Shown here: positions 45,946-55,320 of the stretch, one piece after another | Position numbering within the stretch: the stretch's first letter is position 1 | Layout of the letters: each line of letters opens with the position of its first letter | NCBI GenBank assembly: GCA_903858755.1 | Contig: CAIOKC010000032.1 | Span: forward strand, 29,930 to 93,929 | DNA length: 64,000 nt | Direction: 5' to 3' | From: an uncultured bacterium | GTDB lineage: Bacteria > Patescibacteriota > Minisyncoccia > Phycocordibacterales > UBA2100 | Program-made: the position numbers and the translations under genes | The notes under the pieces: model-generated | Seen by the model: only the letters and a program-made list of their open reading frames with translations | The model's database searches: none | What the model was told of the DNA's origin: nothing

Positions 45946-46181
45946 ATAGTTGAATTTATTTCTTTATAAAGACTATTACTACTATTAGTGCTGTGGAAAG
46001 TGGGGAGAACTGTATTTTGTGCTGATTGTAAGGCGTATTTTCTCTGTCTCATCGAGTGGAAAAGTCTCGTATAAACGAAAGCCGTCGTGGGGACATCCTC
46101 CTTCTTTGAGATGTTCGACTGCGTGTAGACGTCTTTTCCTCGCATATTCCCCGCCTTGTCCACAGTGTTGTGCATAGGTGT
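45946..46181. promoter_or_regulatory. Candidate oriC: AT-rich dnaA-dnaN intergenic region with DnaA-box-like 9-mers
   Basis: Markedly AT-rich (aatttatttctttataaagactattactactattagtg) in a ~60% GC genome. Contains ttgtccaca (46156-46164; consensus TTATCCACA with 1 mismatch), tgtggaaag (45993-46000) and cgtggatga. Confidence 0.5.
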
Positions 46182-47528
46182 TTATGCGTGGATGAGCGTA
46201 CGGATATGCTCCAGCTCTTGTTCGAGCGACGTGTTTGATTTCACCTCCTCCTTTATTTTTTCGCACGAATGGATGACGGTCGTGTGGTCGCGTCCGCCGA
46301 GTTTTTCCCCGATCGAGGGGTATGAGACGCCGAACTCCTCGCGGAGCATATACATGATGATTTGTCGCGGCTTCACCACCTCTTTCTTGCGCGTTTTTTC
46401 GTAGATGCTCTTTTCTGCCACTTCGTAGTACTGGGCGATGCGTCGTACTACTTCGTCGACCGATACGCCGCGGTTCGGCTTCACATTGTGCTTTATAAGC
46501 GCCCGAACGTCGGCGTGTGATATCGCCTTCCCTTTCAGCTGGGACTTGCAGACGATCATGTTGAGAACCCCCTCGAGTTCGCGGATGTTGCCACGGACGT
46601 TCTCGGCGATGTACTGGACGATGTCGTCGGGGATCGAAAATCCGTGGCTCTCGAGCTTTGCCCTGATGATCGCGATGCGTGACTCCACGTCGGGCTCTGG
46701 AATCTCCGCGATCATGCCCGACTGGAAGCGGCCTTTGAGGCGCTCTTCGAATCCCGGCAGCATCGCGGGGTGCTTGTCGGACGAAAAGACGATCTGCTTG
46801 TTGTTGTCGTGCATCGCGTTGAAGAGGTGGAAGAGTTCCTCCTGCGTTTTCTCGGTGTTTGCGATGAACTGGACGTCGTCCATGATAAGGACGTCGTAGG
46901 ATCGGTACTGGTCTTTGAAGTTGTTCGCCTTCCCTGCGCGTACGGAATTTATGTAGTCGATAGCGAAGCGCTCGCTTGTCACGTACAGCACTTTTTTGTT
47001 GGCGTGCGCCTTTTTGAAGTAGTTGCCCACGGCCTGTATGAGATGCGTCTTGCCGTGCCCGGTCGAACCGTAGATGAAGAGCGGATTGTATGAGAGACCG
47101 GGGCGCTCGATAATCGCTTTCGCCGCCGCGTGGGCGAGCTGATTGAACGGCCCCACGACGAATGTCTCGAACGTGTAGCGCGGGTTGAGGTTGTCGCGCT
47201 TGTCTATGTAGAGCGATTGGATGTCGATTGCCGTATTCTCGGGCGCCGCGGGGCGCGGCTGGCGCTTTTCAGCAGGCAGCGCGCTCCTGTGGACCGCGTA
47301 CTCGACAGTGCGTATGGAACTATCAAGTCCCCGGAGCGCTTTGAGGATGAGCTTGTGGTGTTTCTCCAAAAGCCACTCCTTCACAATCTTCGAAGGGACG
47401 GCGACCTGGACCGTCCCTCCATCGCGGCTTGCGATGTCTGTGTTGCGGAACCACGTCCGGAACGACGCTTCGGAGGTTCCAAGCTCGATCTGCACGAGCG
47501 CGTTCTGCCATAATTCACGATTGCTCAT
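46182..47528 (-). CDS. dnaA: Chromosomal replication initiator protein DnaA
   Basis: AAA+ Walker A (GSTGHGKTHLIQAVGN), Walker B (DVLIMDDVQF), sensor motifs and C-terminal DnaA-box-binding HTH. Start taken at MSNRELWQ, giving 448 aa. Confidence 0.9.
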   Translation of the reverse strand: MSNRELWQNALVQIELGTSEASFRTWFRNTDIASRDGGTVQVAVPSKIVKEWLLEKHHKLILKALRGLDSSIRTVEYAVHRSALPAEKRQPRPAAPENTAIDIQSLYIDKRDNLNPRYTFETFVVGPFNQLAHAAAKAIIERPGLSYNPLFIYGSTGHGKTHLIQAVGNYFKKAHANKKVLYVTSERFAIDYINSVRAGKANNFKDQYRSYDVLIMDDVQFIANTEKTQEELFHLFNAMHDNNKQIVFSSDKHPAMLPGFEERLKGRFQSGMIAEIPEPDVESRIAIIRAKLESHGFSIPDDIVQYIAENVRGNIRELEGVLNMIVCKSQLKGKAISHADVRALIKHNVKPNRGVSVDEVVRRIAQYYEVAEKSIYEKTRKKEVVKPRQIIMYMLREEFGVSYPSIGEKLGGRDHTTVIHSCEKIKEEVKSNTSLEQELEHIRTLIHA

Positions 47529-47719
47529 AGGGGTTGTGTGCCATGCGCGCAGCCCGGACATTATACGTGCCTCTTTGATCGACGGAAGAGTCCACGCACG
47601 GACGGGACGAGTGCATAACCTGTGGACGAGATGGGGACAGTGGGACATACCGGGCGGTGGCATCGGCGTCCCCGCTCTGCGGGGGTTGAAGTTATGGAAA
47701 GTTTTAGTATAGTGGCGCC

Positions 47720-47854
47720 ATGAGACGAACGTGGCAGCCAAAAAAGCGGAAACGCGCCCGAGCTCACGGATTTTTGGGTCGCTCCAAGACAAAGAGCGGG
47801 ACCAACCTTCTTCAGCGACGCCGAAGAAAGGGTCGTGCCCGACTTTCGGTCTAA
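47720..47854 (+). CDS. rpmH: 50S ribosomal protein L34
   Basis: [44 protein letters not shown] is a canonical L34. It is a short in-frame ORF not listed in the six-frame track; read directly from the sequence. Confidence 0.9.
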   Translation: MRRTWQPKKRKRARAHGFLGRSKTKSGTNLLQRRRRKGRARLSV

Positions 47855-47858
47855 TCGA

Positions 47859-48188
47859 ATGCCCAGAGCCAAAAGACTTTCCCGCCGAGATTTTGAGATC
47901 ATCGGTCGTTCTCCCCGCAAGCGGTTCAACGGAGCGTATTTTTCCTTGACGATCGCCCCTTCCCCCAAGGGTGGGGGTGTCCAGGCAGCGTGCGTGGTCT
48001 CGAAGAAGGTCTCCCCGCGCGCAGTCGTCCGCAATCGAATAAAGCGGCGTTGCCGCGATATTGTCCGCTCACTGCTTACACGGCGCGCACTTCTCGGAGC
48101 GGTGCTTCTCACAGCGAAACGCGAGGCAGCGAGCGCATCGTATGAAGACATGCGATCCGACATCGAGCGTCTGCTTGCGCGACTCTAG
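47859..48188 (+). CDS. rnpA: Ribonuclease P protein component
   Basis: MPRAKRLSRRDFEIIGRSPRKRFNGAYFSL... RnpA pattern, directly after rpmH. Confidence 0.8.
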   Translation: MPRAKRLSRRDFEIIGRSPRKRFNGAYFSLTIAPSPKGGGVQAACVVSKKVSPRAVVRNRIKRRCRDIVRSLLTRRALLGAVLLTAKREAASASYEDMRSDIERLLARL

Positions 48189-48221
48189 CGATTATCGCGG
48201 CGTCGAGATACAATCCCGAGC

Positions 48222-48950
48222 ATGATATCCTCCGCTTTCCATGCGGCTATCTATGTGCCGCTCTACAACGGTCTTGTCTTTCTGGTGGGTCATATACCGA
48301 CTCACGATATGGGTCTCGCGGTCATCGCGCTCACCATCCTCGTCCGCATCGTCGTCTTCCCGCTCTCCCATCGCGCAGTTCGCTCGCAGATAGCGATGAA
48401 GAAGCTCGCGCCGGAAGTCGAGGAGCTGAAGAAGAAGTTCAAGAGCAACTCGCCGGAGCAGAGTGCGGCGATTTGGAAGCTCTATCGAGAACGCGGCATT
48501 CACCCGCTCGCGAGCCTCGGTCTTCTCCTCATACAGCTCCCCGTCCTTTTCGGGTTGTACTGGGTCTTTTTGCTCGGCGGGTTTCCCCAGATCGACTCAT
48601 CTCTCCTCTACTCGTTCGTATCCGCCCCGCCTTTTACCGACATGCACTTCCTGGGATTCGTCGATATGGGAGCGAAGCACAATATCGTCCTCGCGCTGTT
48701 GGTCGCCGCGAGCCAATTCGTCTACACGCGTCTTTCCATGGGTCCGCGGGGGCAGAGTGCAAACATCGAGGCGTCGCTTTCCGCCGATATGGCGAAGAGC
48801 TTCGACCTCCAAGCACGCTACCTCTTTCCGCTCATGTTTGCGGGTATTTCGTATTTCGTCGCGGCGGCCGCTCCCCTCTACTGGCTTACAGGCAATCTCT
48901 TCATGATCGGTCAGGAATATTTGGCGGGCAGGAGATTCCGTGATAGATAG
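48222..48950 (+). CDS. yidC: Membrane protein insertase YidC (short, Oxa1-like form)
   Basis: 242 aa, 5 TM, conserved ...AVIALTILVRIVVFPLSHRAVRSQIAMKKLAPEVEELKKKF... Confidence 0.85.
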   Translation: MISSAFHAAIYVPLYNGLVFLVGHIPTHDMGLAVIALTILVRIVVFPLSHRAVRSQIAMKKLAPEVEELKKKFKSNSPEQSAAIWKLYRERGIHPLASLGLLLIQLPVLFGLYWVFLLGGFPQIDSSLLYSFVSAPPFTDMHFLGFVDMGAKHNIVLALLVAASQFVYTRLSMGPRGQSANIEASLSADMAKSFDLQARYLFPLMFAGISYFVAAAAPLYWLTGNLFMIGQEYLAGRRFRDR

Positions 48951-48955
48951 AGTGG

Positions 48956-49426
48956 ATGGCAGCGGTTGAAACCATCCTCACGGAGCTTCTCGACGCGCTC
49001 GGGGTCTCGTACTCCGGTATTGAAAAGAGCGAGATTGCGGGTCAGGAGATATACGCGATCCGTACCGACGATGCGCGGACGCTCATCGGAGCGCACGGTG
49101 ATACGGTCCATGCGCTCGACATGCTCGCGAAGAAAATATACGAAAAACGGAATCCCGCCGAAGGAGGAGAGGGTGAACGAACGCCGATGTTTCTCGTCGA
49201 CGTCAACGACTACCGAAGCAAGCAGATAAAAGATTTGCAGACCAAGGCGCTCATGATGGCGGAGCGTTCGCGCTCGTTCCAGTACGATGTCGAGCTCTCC
49301 CCCATGAGCTCCTACGAGCGCCTCATTATTCACACCACATTGCAGGGTGCGCCGCACATCAAGACGGAATCTCAGGGAGAAGGTCGAAACAGGCGGGTCG
49401 TCATCAAATACTCTGCCGACGCTTAG
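48956..49426 (+). CDS. jag: Jag/KhpB RNA-binding protein (KH + R3H)
   Basis: 156 aa, KH-like N-terminal region and C-terminal R3H (ERLIIHTTLQGAPHIKTESQGEGRNRRVVI). Confidence 0.8.
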   Translation: MAAVETILTELLDALGVSYSGIEKSEIAGQEIYAIRTDDARTLIGAHGDTVHALDMLAKKIYEKRNPAEGGEGERTPMFLVDVNDYRSKQIKDLQTKALMMAERSRSFQYDVELSPMSSYERLIIHTTLQGAPHIKTESQGEGRNRRVVIKYSADA

Positions 49427-49965
49427 GCTCCGCCGTTGAACAGGGATTCGGTCGGGCTTTCGGGCAGTCCCTGATCGTTGAAACCCGGCACGGGCGAGCC
49501 TGAGGGACCGGAGTTATTTATTTGTTGCGATTGCTGCTGCGCGGGCAGCGGCTTGATTCTCTTGAGCGCGTCGAGCGTAAGGATGCCCGGATTGATCTGG
49601 TAGAGGATGAGGTAAATGGCAAGAAGGAGAAGTATGCCGAGCGTCACGTCGCCGATGATCTCTTTCGCTTCGCCCTTGTGGCTCCACATGTCCGCCTGCC
49701 CCATGTAGAGGTATCCTGCATAGGCGAGCCGTATGACCGCGCCGATCGCGCCGATCGCGATCGCGAATTTGAACAGACCATTCACGAAATTCGACAGGTC
49801 GGTCGAAGCGTACAGGTTGCCCAGTTTCGAGGACGCAGGCGTGTCTGCGAGCGGTACGAACGCCTGGGACATGACCAATCGTCCTCGCGCGCGCATCCAC
49901 TTTGAAAGTGTCGGTATGATTTTATTCATGTATGCGTAGTACCCAGAGAGACCTGTCGCTTGCAT
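49423..49965 (-). CDS. Two-TM membrane protein, candidate VirB2/TrbC-like T4SS pilin
   Basis: 180 aa: leader, two long hydrophobic helices (LFKFAIAIGAIGAVIRLAYAGYLYM; IIGDVTLGILLLLAIYLILYQI), Gln/Pro-rich tail. First gene of the T4SS-like block. Confidence 0.35.
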   Translation of the reverse strand: MQATGLSGYYAYMNKIIPTLSKWMRARGRLVMSQAFVPLADTPASSKLGNLYASTDLSNFVNGLFKFAIAIGAIGAVIRLAYAGYLYMGQADMWSHKGEAKEIIGDVTLGILLLLAIYLILYQINPGILTLDALKRIKPLPAQQQSQQINNSGPSGSPVPGFNDQGLPESPTESLFNGGA

Positions 49966-51214
49966 TGACGAACGCGATTGCTGAGCCGTTTGGCGCGATG
50001 GCGGGGTCCTTCACGTCGAGGGACGTGTTTGAACCGGGCGTATAGAGCGCGCGCGCGGTGTTTGCCGACACGTCGATTTCCCACCACGCGTCTGCGGTGT
50101 GCAGCTCCCCGCGGTACCAACGATCGAGGTAGCCGCCTGCGGGAAGCGTTTGCGGTACCGCGCAGTACAGTATGTTTGCGCGCGCGGGTGCCCACACGCA
50201 TTTCTCGGCCACCGTGCGGACAGGAAGCTGCACGGACGATGTCTCGCCCGTGCGAGCGAACAAGCGGACGCCGTCTTCTCCGGATGTGCTATATGCGAGC
50301 GCGGTCGATGACGCGCGCGGTAGTACCACGAGCCCGGGAAGTCCGGGCGCGATTTTCGTGATCCCGCCGCTCCTCACTTCGTACGCGTGTCCCAGGGTGC
50401 GGTCCGCAGGCTCTTCAAGAAAGATAATGCGACCATCGGAGAGCCAGTCGACGCGCCACGATCCGATGCCGGAGAGAAATACGCGCTTCTGCCCGCCTCC
50501 GCGCGCGCCCGCGCGTATGCCGACAAATTTTCCCGCGTCTTGCGCCAGATACAGCACCTCGTCTCCCGCAGGGGAAAGTGCAATACGGAGGATGTTTTTC
50601 CCGAGAGCGACGCCCGACAGAGAGCGCAGCGCGTCGGAGGTTGTCGTCGAAAGAGTCCCGGAGAAGGTTGTGATAGCGTCGTTCCCATCGAGTCCGCGCA
50701 TCAGTATCGTTCCGTTTTTCCCGAACAACGCTTCGTAGGTCTTGGGCATCAGCGTGTTTGAAAGGCGCTCGACCGCCTCCGACGCCGGATCCGCCGAGAA
50801 GACGTATCCGGTCGACCGTTCCGCGAAGTAGAGGCGCTCGCCCCGCTCTTCGGCGACAAACCCGAAACCGGCGACCGGCGTCTGGGTAACCCGCCAGAGA
50901 CCTTGCGTCGAGCGGGTCTCCCCTTCCGCGTCTCCTTGTCCGAAGACGGTAGAGATGGCGTTTTGGTACGCATTGCCGAGTGCCCCGACAAAGGTCGGCG
51001 CGTCCGCGCCGAATCCGCGCGCACTGTCCCGGTCGGCAGTCGCCTGTGTTTCTCCGCGGATGAAGAAGTACCATCCCGAAAGCGCGCCGAGCACGATGAC
51101 GATGATCGCAGCGAGTGTGAATCCGATGAGAGAGTGTACGCGCATACTCATTCTGCTGAAGGGTTGCCGAATAATCCTCCGGAGCCGCCGCCCGAAGACA
51201 GGGTAATCCCCCAT
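49922..51214 (-). CDS. Membrane-anchored periplasmic protein (beta-propeller/TolB-like, putative)
   Basis: 430 aa, N-terminal TM, repeated hydrophobic/Gly-rich beta-strand segments. Confidence 0.4.
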   Translation of the reverse strand: MGDYPVFGRRLRRIIRQPFSRMSMRVHSLIGFTLAAIIVIVLGALSGWYFFIRGETQATADRDSARGFGADAPTFVGALGNAYQNAISTVFGQGDAEGETRSTQGLWRVTQTPVAGFGFVAEERGERLYFAERSTGYVFSADPASEAVERLSNTLMPKTYEALFGKNGTILMRGLDGNDAITTFSGTLSTTTSDALRSLSGVALGKNILRIALSPAGDEVLYLAQDAGKFVGIRAGARGGGQKRVFLSGIGSWRVDWLSDGRIIFLEEPADRTLGHAYEVRSGGITKIAPGLPGLVVLPRASSTALAYSTSGEDGVRLFARTGETSSVQLPVRTVAEKCVWAPARANILYCAVPQTLPAGGYLDRWYRGELHTADAWWEIDVSANTARALYTPGSNTSLDVKDPAIAPNGSAIAFVNASDRSLWVLRIHE

Positions 51215-51741
51215 GATTCGGAAGCTTCGAAGAATACGTTCGCGAGATGAGAGATGTCGAGAGTAAGAAGCCCGATGCCGTTTGAGTTTTGCGCCCCGAT
51301 CGTGATCGCGTACGGACGCTCGTCGTCAGCGGGGATCGCTTTGCCGTTGACGATCCAAGACCACTGCAGCAGCCGGTCGGAGAGGCGCGCGACGGGGGCG
51401 AAATACGGTATCGCCGCGAACGTCATTTCAGAATCAGGTATCAGGGATTGCGCGCCGAGCGCTCGGTGGTACGTCACGCCGAAAAGCGGGTGATCCTGGT
51501 AGAGGTCGAGCGTCGGCTCTGCGGAAGGGATTTGGACGGACGCGCTCCCCGCGAGCTGCCGGTCGAGCGTCGCCGCCTCGACCGATACGGTATCGCTCCC
51601 GAAAAGGACCGGCGCCGGAATGCTTACGCTTGATTTCCCGCGCCCCGACACGCTTCCGAGTATTTGGTCGTTGCGCCTCCATGTGAAGACGATGTCGGAG
51701 ATCGCCGCCTCCTTCCCTCCTTCGTAGACGAAGTGCGGCAC
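51148..51741 (-). CDS. Hypothetical protein; in frame with, and possibly continuous with, 51769-52200 across a single TAA
   Basis: GTG-initiated ORF in the same frame as the upstream ORF; a VPxFYEG motif is repeated on both sides of the stop. Confidence 0.35.
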   Translation of the reverse strand: MPHFVYEGGKEAAISDIVFTWRRNDQILGSVSGRGKSSVSIPAPVLFGSDTVSVEAATLDRQLAGSASVQIPSAEPTLDLYQDHPLFGVTYHRALGAQSLIPDSEMTFAAIPYFAPVARLSDRLLQWSWIVNGKAIPADDERPYAITIGAQNSNGIGLLTLDISHLANVFFEASESWGITLSSGGGSGGLFGNPSAE

Positions 51742-51768
51742 TGCTTCGAGGCGGAGAGTCGAGCCCGC

Positions 51769-52200
51769 TTAAGGAAGCGCGCGACCTTCGTAAAACGGCG
51801 GGACGTACGAGTCGGCATCAAACAAAAGGTCGATCTCTGTCGGGGCTATGGTGAGTGCCGCAAACAATGCTGCGTCGTCGGGAGCGACGACGTCGACCGA
51901 GACGTCGATCGCAGAGCCGAGCGCGCCCGCGACAAGCTCGGCGGATGTCGCGCCTACTCCCTGCGCGAAGACCTTGCCGTTCACTCGCCACGTGAGCGTG
52001 CTGTCCGAGAGGTCGTAGGCACTACTTCGTGCTTCGAGGCGCACAGTGTCGTGCGGAGCCGGGTACGCGGGCGAAAGAGTGATGGAGACGGCATCGCCTA
52101 TGCCCGGAAGCGCGAATTGCGCGTACGCATGCGGAGCGAAGAGCAGGATCGCGCTTGCGAGTGCGCCGAGAGCGTACGCATGTGCCCGCGTCGCGCTCAT
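51769..52200 (-). CDS. Secreted hypothetical protein (signal peptide), upstream half of a possible split gene
   Basis: MSATRAHAYALGALASAILLFAPHAYAQ signal; ends ...PPFYEGRALP-TAA. Confidence 0.4.
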   Translation of the reverse strand: MSATRAHAYALGALASAILLFAPHAYAQFALPGIGDAVSITLSPAYPAPHDTVRLEARSSAYDLSDSTLTWRVNGKVFAQGVGATSAELVAGALGSAIDVSVDVVAPDDAALFAALTIAPTEIDLLFDADSYVPPFYEGRALP

Positions 52201-54140
52201 ACGGTCGGCATGCGCGGGATGCCGGATGCTTGCGGCGCCGTGTCTGCTCCCGGAGCGGCGTGCGCTCCGCCTGAGAGCGGCGCCGATTGTGCGGGCGCGG
52301 CGCTCGCAAGCGAAGATGGAGCGATGTCTTGCGCCTGCGCGAGCTCCTGCTTCGCTTTCTTGATAGCGAGAATCTGCGACGGGTCAGACGTGATGATCTG
52401 ATCCTCGGTGTACGAAGCAATGACCTTGATCGCGACGTGCTTCAATCCCGCGAAGAAAATACCCTCCCCCACGTCTGACTCGAGCAAGAGGTACTTTTCT
52501 TCGTCGGAGAGCTTGAATGTCTGCTGCACGAGATCGACGGAAGTCGGCGACTGGCGCAAAAGGAGCTGGATCGAGGAGTTGGTGATCATGGGGATGCCAT
52601 ACGGCGAATTGAGGAAGTCGGAGACGTCTTGCGTGATGGTCGAGATGCCGAGGTAGTATTTGCGACCGCGTTTTGCGATTGAGAACAAAAAGGAGGCAGT
52701 GTCTTGGCTTCGCATCATCCACCACGCCTCGTCGATCACGAGAAGACGCTTGCGGAGCTCTTTCCGCACGGTGTTCCAGATGTGGTGGGTGATGATGTAC
52801 ATCGCGACCGGCTTTAGGTCGTCCTCCATATCGCGCACGGAGAAGACGATAAGCTTCTTGTTCATGTCGACGTTGGTCGGTCGGTTCATGAATCCAGACC
52901 ACGTGCCCTTGGTGTATTTCGAGAGACGCTGCACGAGAGACTCGCTCCCCTCCATGCCGGAGAGCACGAGCTCGAAGTCGGAAAGGAGCGGCGGCTCCAC
53001 CTGCGCAAAGTTGGCATCCGCGGTGATGTCTTTGAGAGCGTACGTCTCGGTGATCGCCTTGTCGATGATCGCGTCCTCTTCGGGCGTGAGACCGCCGAGC
53101 ATGATGCGGAAGAGCCCCACGAGGGTAATGATGTTGTTGCGCAGTATGTCGGACGGATTCTCGTCTTCGCGCGGGATGGGGAGGTCGAACGGATTGATGT
53201 GGTTCTCCGACGAGAGCGATATGTTGAAGTAGCGCCCGCCCACCGTCTCGGCGAGGTACTCGTATTCGCGCTCGGGGTCGATCACGATGACTTCGGTGTC
53301 AAACATGAGCGAACGGAGGATTTCGAGTTTGGTCGTGTAGGATTTCCCCGCGCCAGATTTGGCGAAGGTCACCGAATTGTAGTTCTCGAGCGAAAAGCGG
53401 TCGAAGAGGATGAGGGAAGAGTTGTGGCGGTTGATGCCGTAGAGAATGCCGCGGTCGCTCGTAAGGTCGAACGAAATGAACGGGAATATGGAAGAGAGCG
53501 GCGCAGAGTTGAGTTTCGTGTGGACATTGAGCTCGTCGGTCGCAAGCGGCAGGACCGAGCGGAATCCCTGTTCCTGCTGGAAAAGCGCGGGACGAATGTA
53601 GACAAGGCGTGATTCGAGGATCGAGCGCACCTCGCTCTCGACCTTGTCGATCTCCTCGCGGGTGCTGCCGTAGATGGTCATGTAGAGACCCACTTCGAAT
53701 ATGCGCTCCTGCGCTTGCTGGAGAGAGTCGCGGAGCTGCTCGAGATCGGAGTAGGCGGTATCGAGCATCGGGTCGCGCACCATCCCCTTCGACTCGCGCA
53801 TGGATATCTGGCTCTGGACCTCCGCGACCTTCTTCTGAAATTTGCGCAGCATCTCGTTGGTGTCCATGGGGTGGACGAAGATCGAGATATCGATGACCTT
53901 ATCCATGTTGATGATGGGGGCGAACCACCCCGTGGTGAGGAAGCGCGGGTAGGAGATGACGAAGAACGTGCGGGCGATCTTTTCGCCCAGATCGAGTTCG
54001 CGCGAGCTGACGCGGAGCGCGTGCGGTGCGATAACGTCTTGCAAGTCAAGGACGCCGGACTTGTAGATTTCTTCCGGCAATACCGGGAGGACGTTCGGGC
54101 TCTCCGCGTCTTTTTTCTTGAACAGGTCGATAAGTGTCAT
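52197..54140 (-). CDS. VirB4/TrbE/CagE-family type IV secretion ATPase
   Basis: 647 aa; Walker A (VTFAKSGAGKSYTT), Walker B (LLVIDEAWWMM), conserved VirB4 C-terminal motifs. Confidence 0.8.
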   Translation of the reverse strand: MTLIDLFKKKDAESPNVLPVLPEEIYKSGVLDLQDVIAPHALRVSSRELDLGEKIARTFFVISYPRFLTTGWFAPIINMDKVIDISIFVHPMDTNEMLRKFQKKVAEVQSQISMRESKGMVRDPMLDTAYSDLEQLRDSLQQAQERIFEVGLYMTIYGSTREEIDKVESEVRSILESRLVYIRPALFQQEQGFRSVLPLATDELNVHTKLNSAPLSSIFPFISFDLTSDRGILYGINRHNSSLILFDRFSLENYNSVTFAKSGAGKSYTTKLEILRSLMFDTEVIVIDPEREYEYLAETVGGRYFNISLSSENHINPFDLPIPREDENPSDILRNNIITLVGLFRIMLGGLTPEEDAIIDKAITETYALKDITADANFAQVEPPLLSDFELVLSGMEGSESLVQRLSKYTKGTWSGFMNRPTNVDMNKKLIVFSVRDMEDDLKPVAMYIITHHIWNTVRKELRKRLLVIDEAWWMMRSQDTASFLFSIAKRGRKYYLGISTITQDVSDFLNSPYGIPMITNSSIQLLLRQSPTSVDLVQQTFKLSDEEKYLLLESDVGEGIFFAGLKHVAIKVIASYTEDQIITSDPSQILAIKKAKQELAQAQDIAPSSLASAAPAQSAPLSGGAHAAPGADTAPQASGIPRMPTV

Positions 54141-54145
54141 AGCGC

Positions 54146-54814
54146 CTATTGGGTAAGCCCCGCGATCGGCATGGGCTTCCCCTCTTCGCCCGGGTTGAAC
54201 ATTTTGTAGAGAAGCTCGATCGCCTCTTCGGTCCCCAGCTGCACGGTGCGCACGCCGGTCCGGACCAGACCCTGCTGCACGATCGAGATGCGCTGTTCAA
54301 GCTGCGTCGCCTGCTCCTCGAACGAGCGATTCTTCTCTTCGGTGTTTTGTTTCTTTTTTCCGAATGGAATAAGAGAGCCGATGCCGCTTTTTGAAACCGC
54401 AATGACCGGAGAATACGGCACGACGACAAAGAAGTTTTTCGTCATGATGTTTGCCGCTTCCGTAAAGCTCTTGATGAATTCGATGTACTCGCGGATCTGG
54501 ATGCGCATGAGGTCGTCGAGCTGATTCTTGTATGCTGCTTCGAGGGTCGCGACGTACGGTCGGATATCGAGCATGCGCGATTGCACGAATATCTGCGCGG
54601 AAAAATCGAGTGAGTTGAGGAAATTCTGGAATTGCACGATGAATGCGGTCTGTTCGTCTTCTGACTTGAGGGCGAAATTGATGGAGGAGGCGAGGAGAAT
54701 CGCGCGCAGGCTTCCGTCTTTGAGGACGACGATTCCGTCGCGCACCTCGGATACCGGCAGGAATTCCTGCGTGCTCTTCGCCGATGTGCGCGGATTTGCG
54801 GTCTGGGTCGGCAT
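54146..54814 (-). CDS. Hypothetical soluble protein of the T4SS-like operon
   Basis: 222 aa, no TM, no recognisable family; between the PrgI-like and VirB4 genes. Confidence 0.35.
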   Translation of the reverse strand: MPTQTANPRTSAKSTQEFLPVSEVRDGIVVLKDGSLRAILLASSINFALKSEDEQTAFIVQFQNFLNSLDFSAQIFVQSRMLDIRPYVATLEAAYKNQLDDLMRIQIREYIEFIKSFTEAANIMTKNFFVVVPYSPVIAVSKSGIGSLIPFGKKKQNTEEKNRSFEEQATQLEQRISIVQQGLVRTGVRTVQLGTEEAIELLYKMFNPGEEGKPMPIAGLTQ

Positions 54815-54816
54815 AA

Positions 54817-55320
54817 TTATTGGACGAGCGCCTGCCGGGCGGTCCGCACGGGAGCGACGAGATCCTCAGCCGTTCGTACGGCGTGGCGGTCCTCGTCGTT
54901 CGCGACCCCGGCAGAGATCCGCTCCTTGATGTCGAGACTCCACGCAAGCTCATGGAGCTTGCTTTCGGACAACTTCGGGACGTATACCTGGGCGGCGGAA
55001 TCCGGCTTGGCTGCGGCTTTCTTGGCAGACTGCTTTCGGGCGTTGTTCCAGAGGTAGAGCTTGCCGCGTATATAGAAGAAAAACGCGTTCTCAAGCCCGA
55101 GGATGAAGGGGCGTCCGTTGAATCGAAAGAACGCAAGCGCCGCCGCAAGACCTCCGACGACGAGGATGAGGGGTCCCGAGAGGTAGACGGGGAATATGCG
55201 CCATAGAATGTACGCCGCGCCGGCTCCCCCGCCGAGGTAGATGAACTGTTTGAAGGTCAGCGGTCCGAATATTTTATCCTCGACCTCTATGAACTGTGGT
55301 ACTTGGAACTGCATACGCAA
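54817..55320 (-). CDS. PrgI-family (VirB3-like) membrane protein
   Basis: VPQFIEVEDKIFGPLTFKQFIYLGGGAGAAYILW, then a second TM: the PrgI family hallmark. Confidence 0.6.
   Translation of the reverse strand: MRMQFQVPQFIEVEDKIFGPLTFKQFIYLGGGAGAAYILWRIFPVYLSGPLILVVGGLAAALAFFRFNGRPFILGLENAFFFYIRGKLYLWNNARKQSAKKAAAKPDSAAQVYVPKLSESKLHELAWSLDIKERISAGVANDEDRHAVRTAEDLVAPVRTARQALVQ

Noticed and set aside
47529-47719. oriC between dnaA and rpmH
   Set aside because: The spacer is GC-rich with only weak half-boxes. The dnaA-dnaN spacer is the AT-rich one with better DnaA boxes, so the primary call was placed there, though a bipartite origin remains possible.
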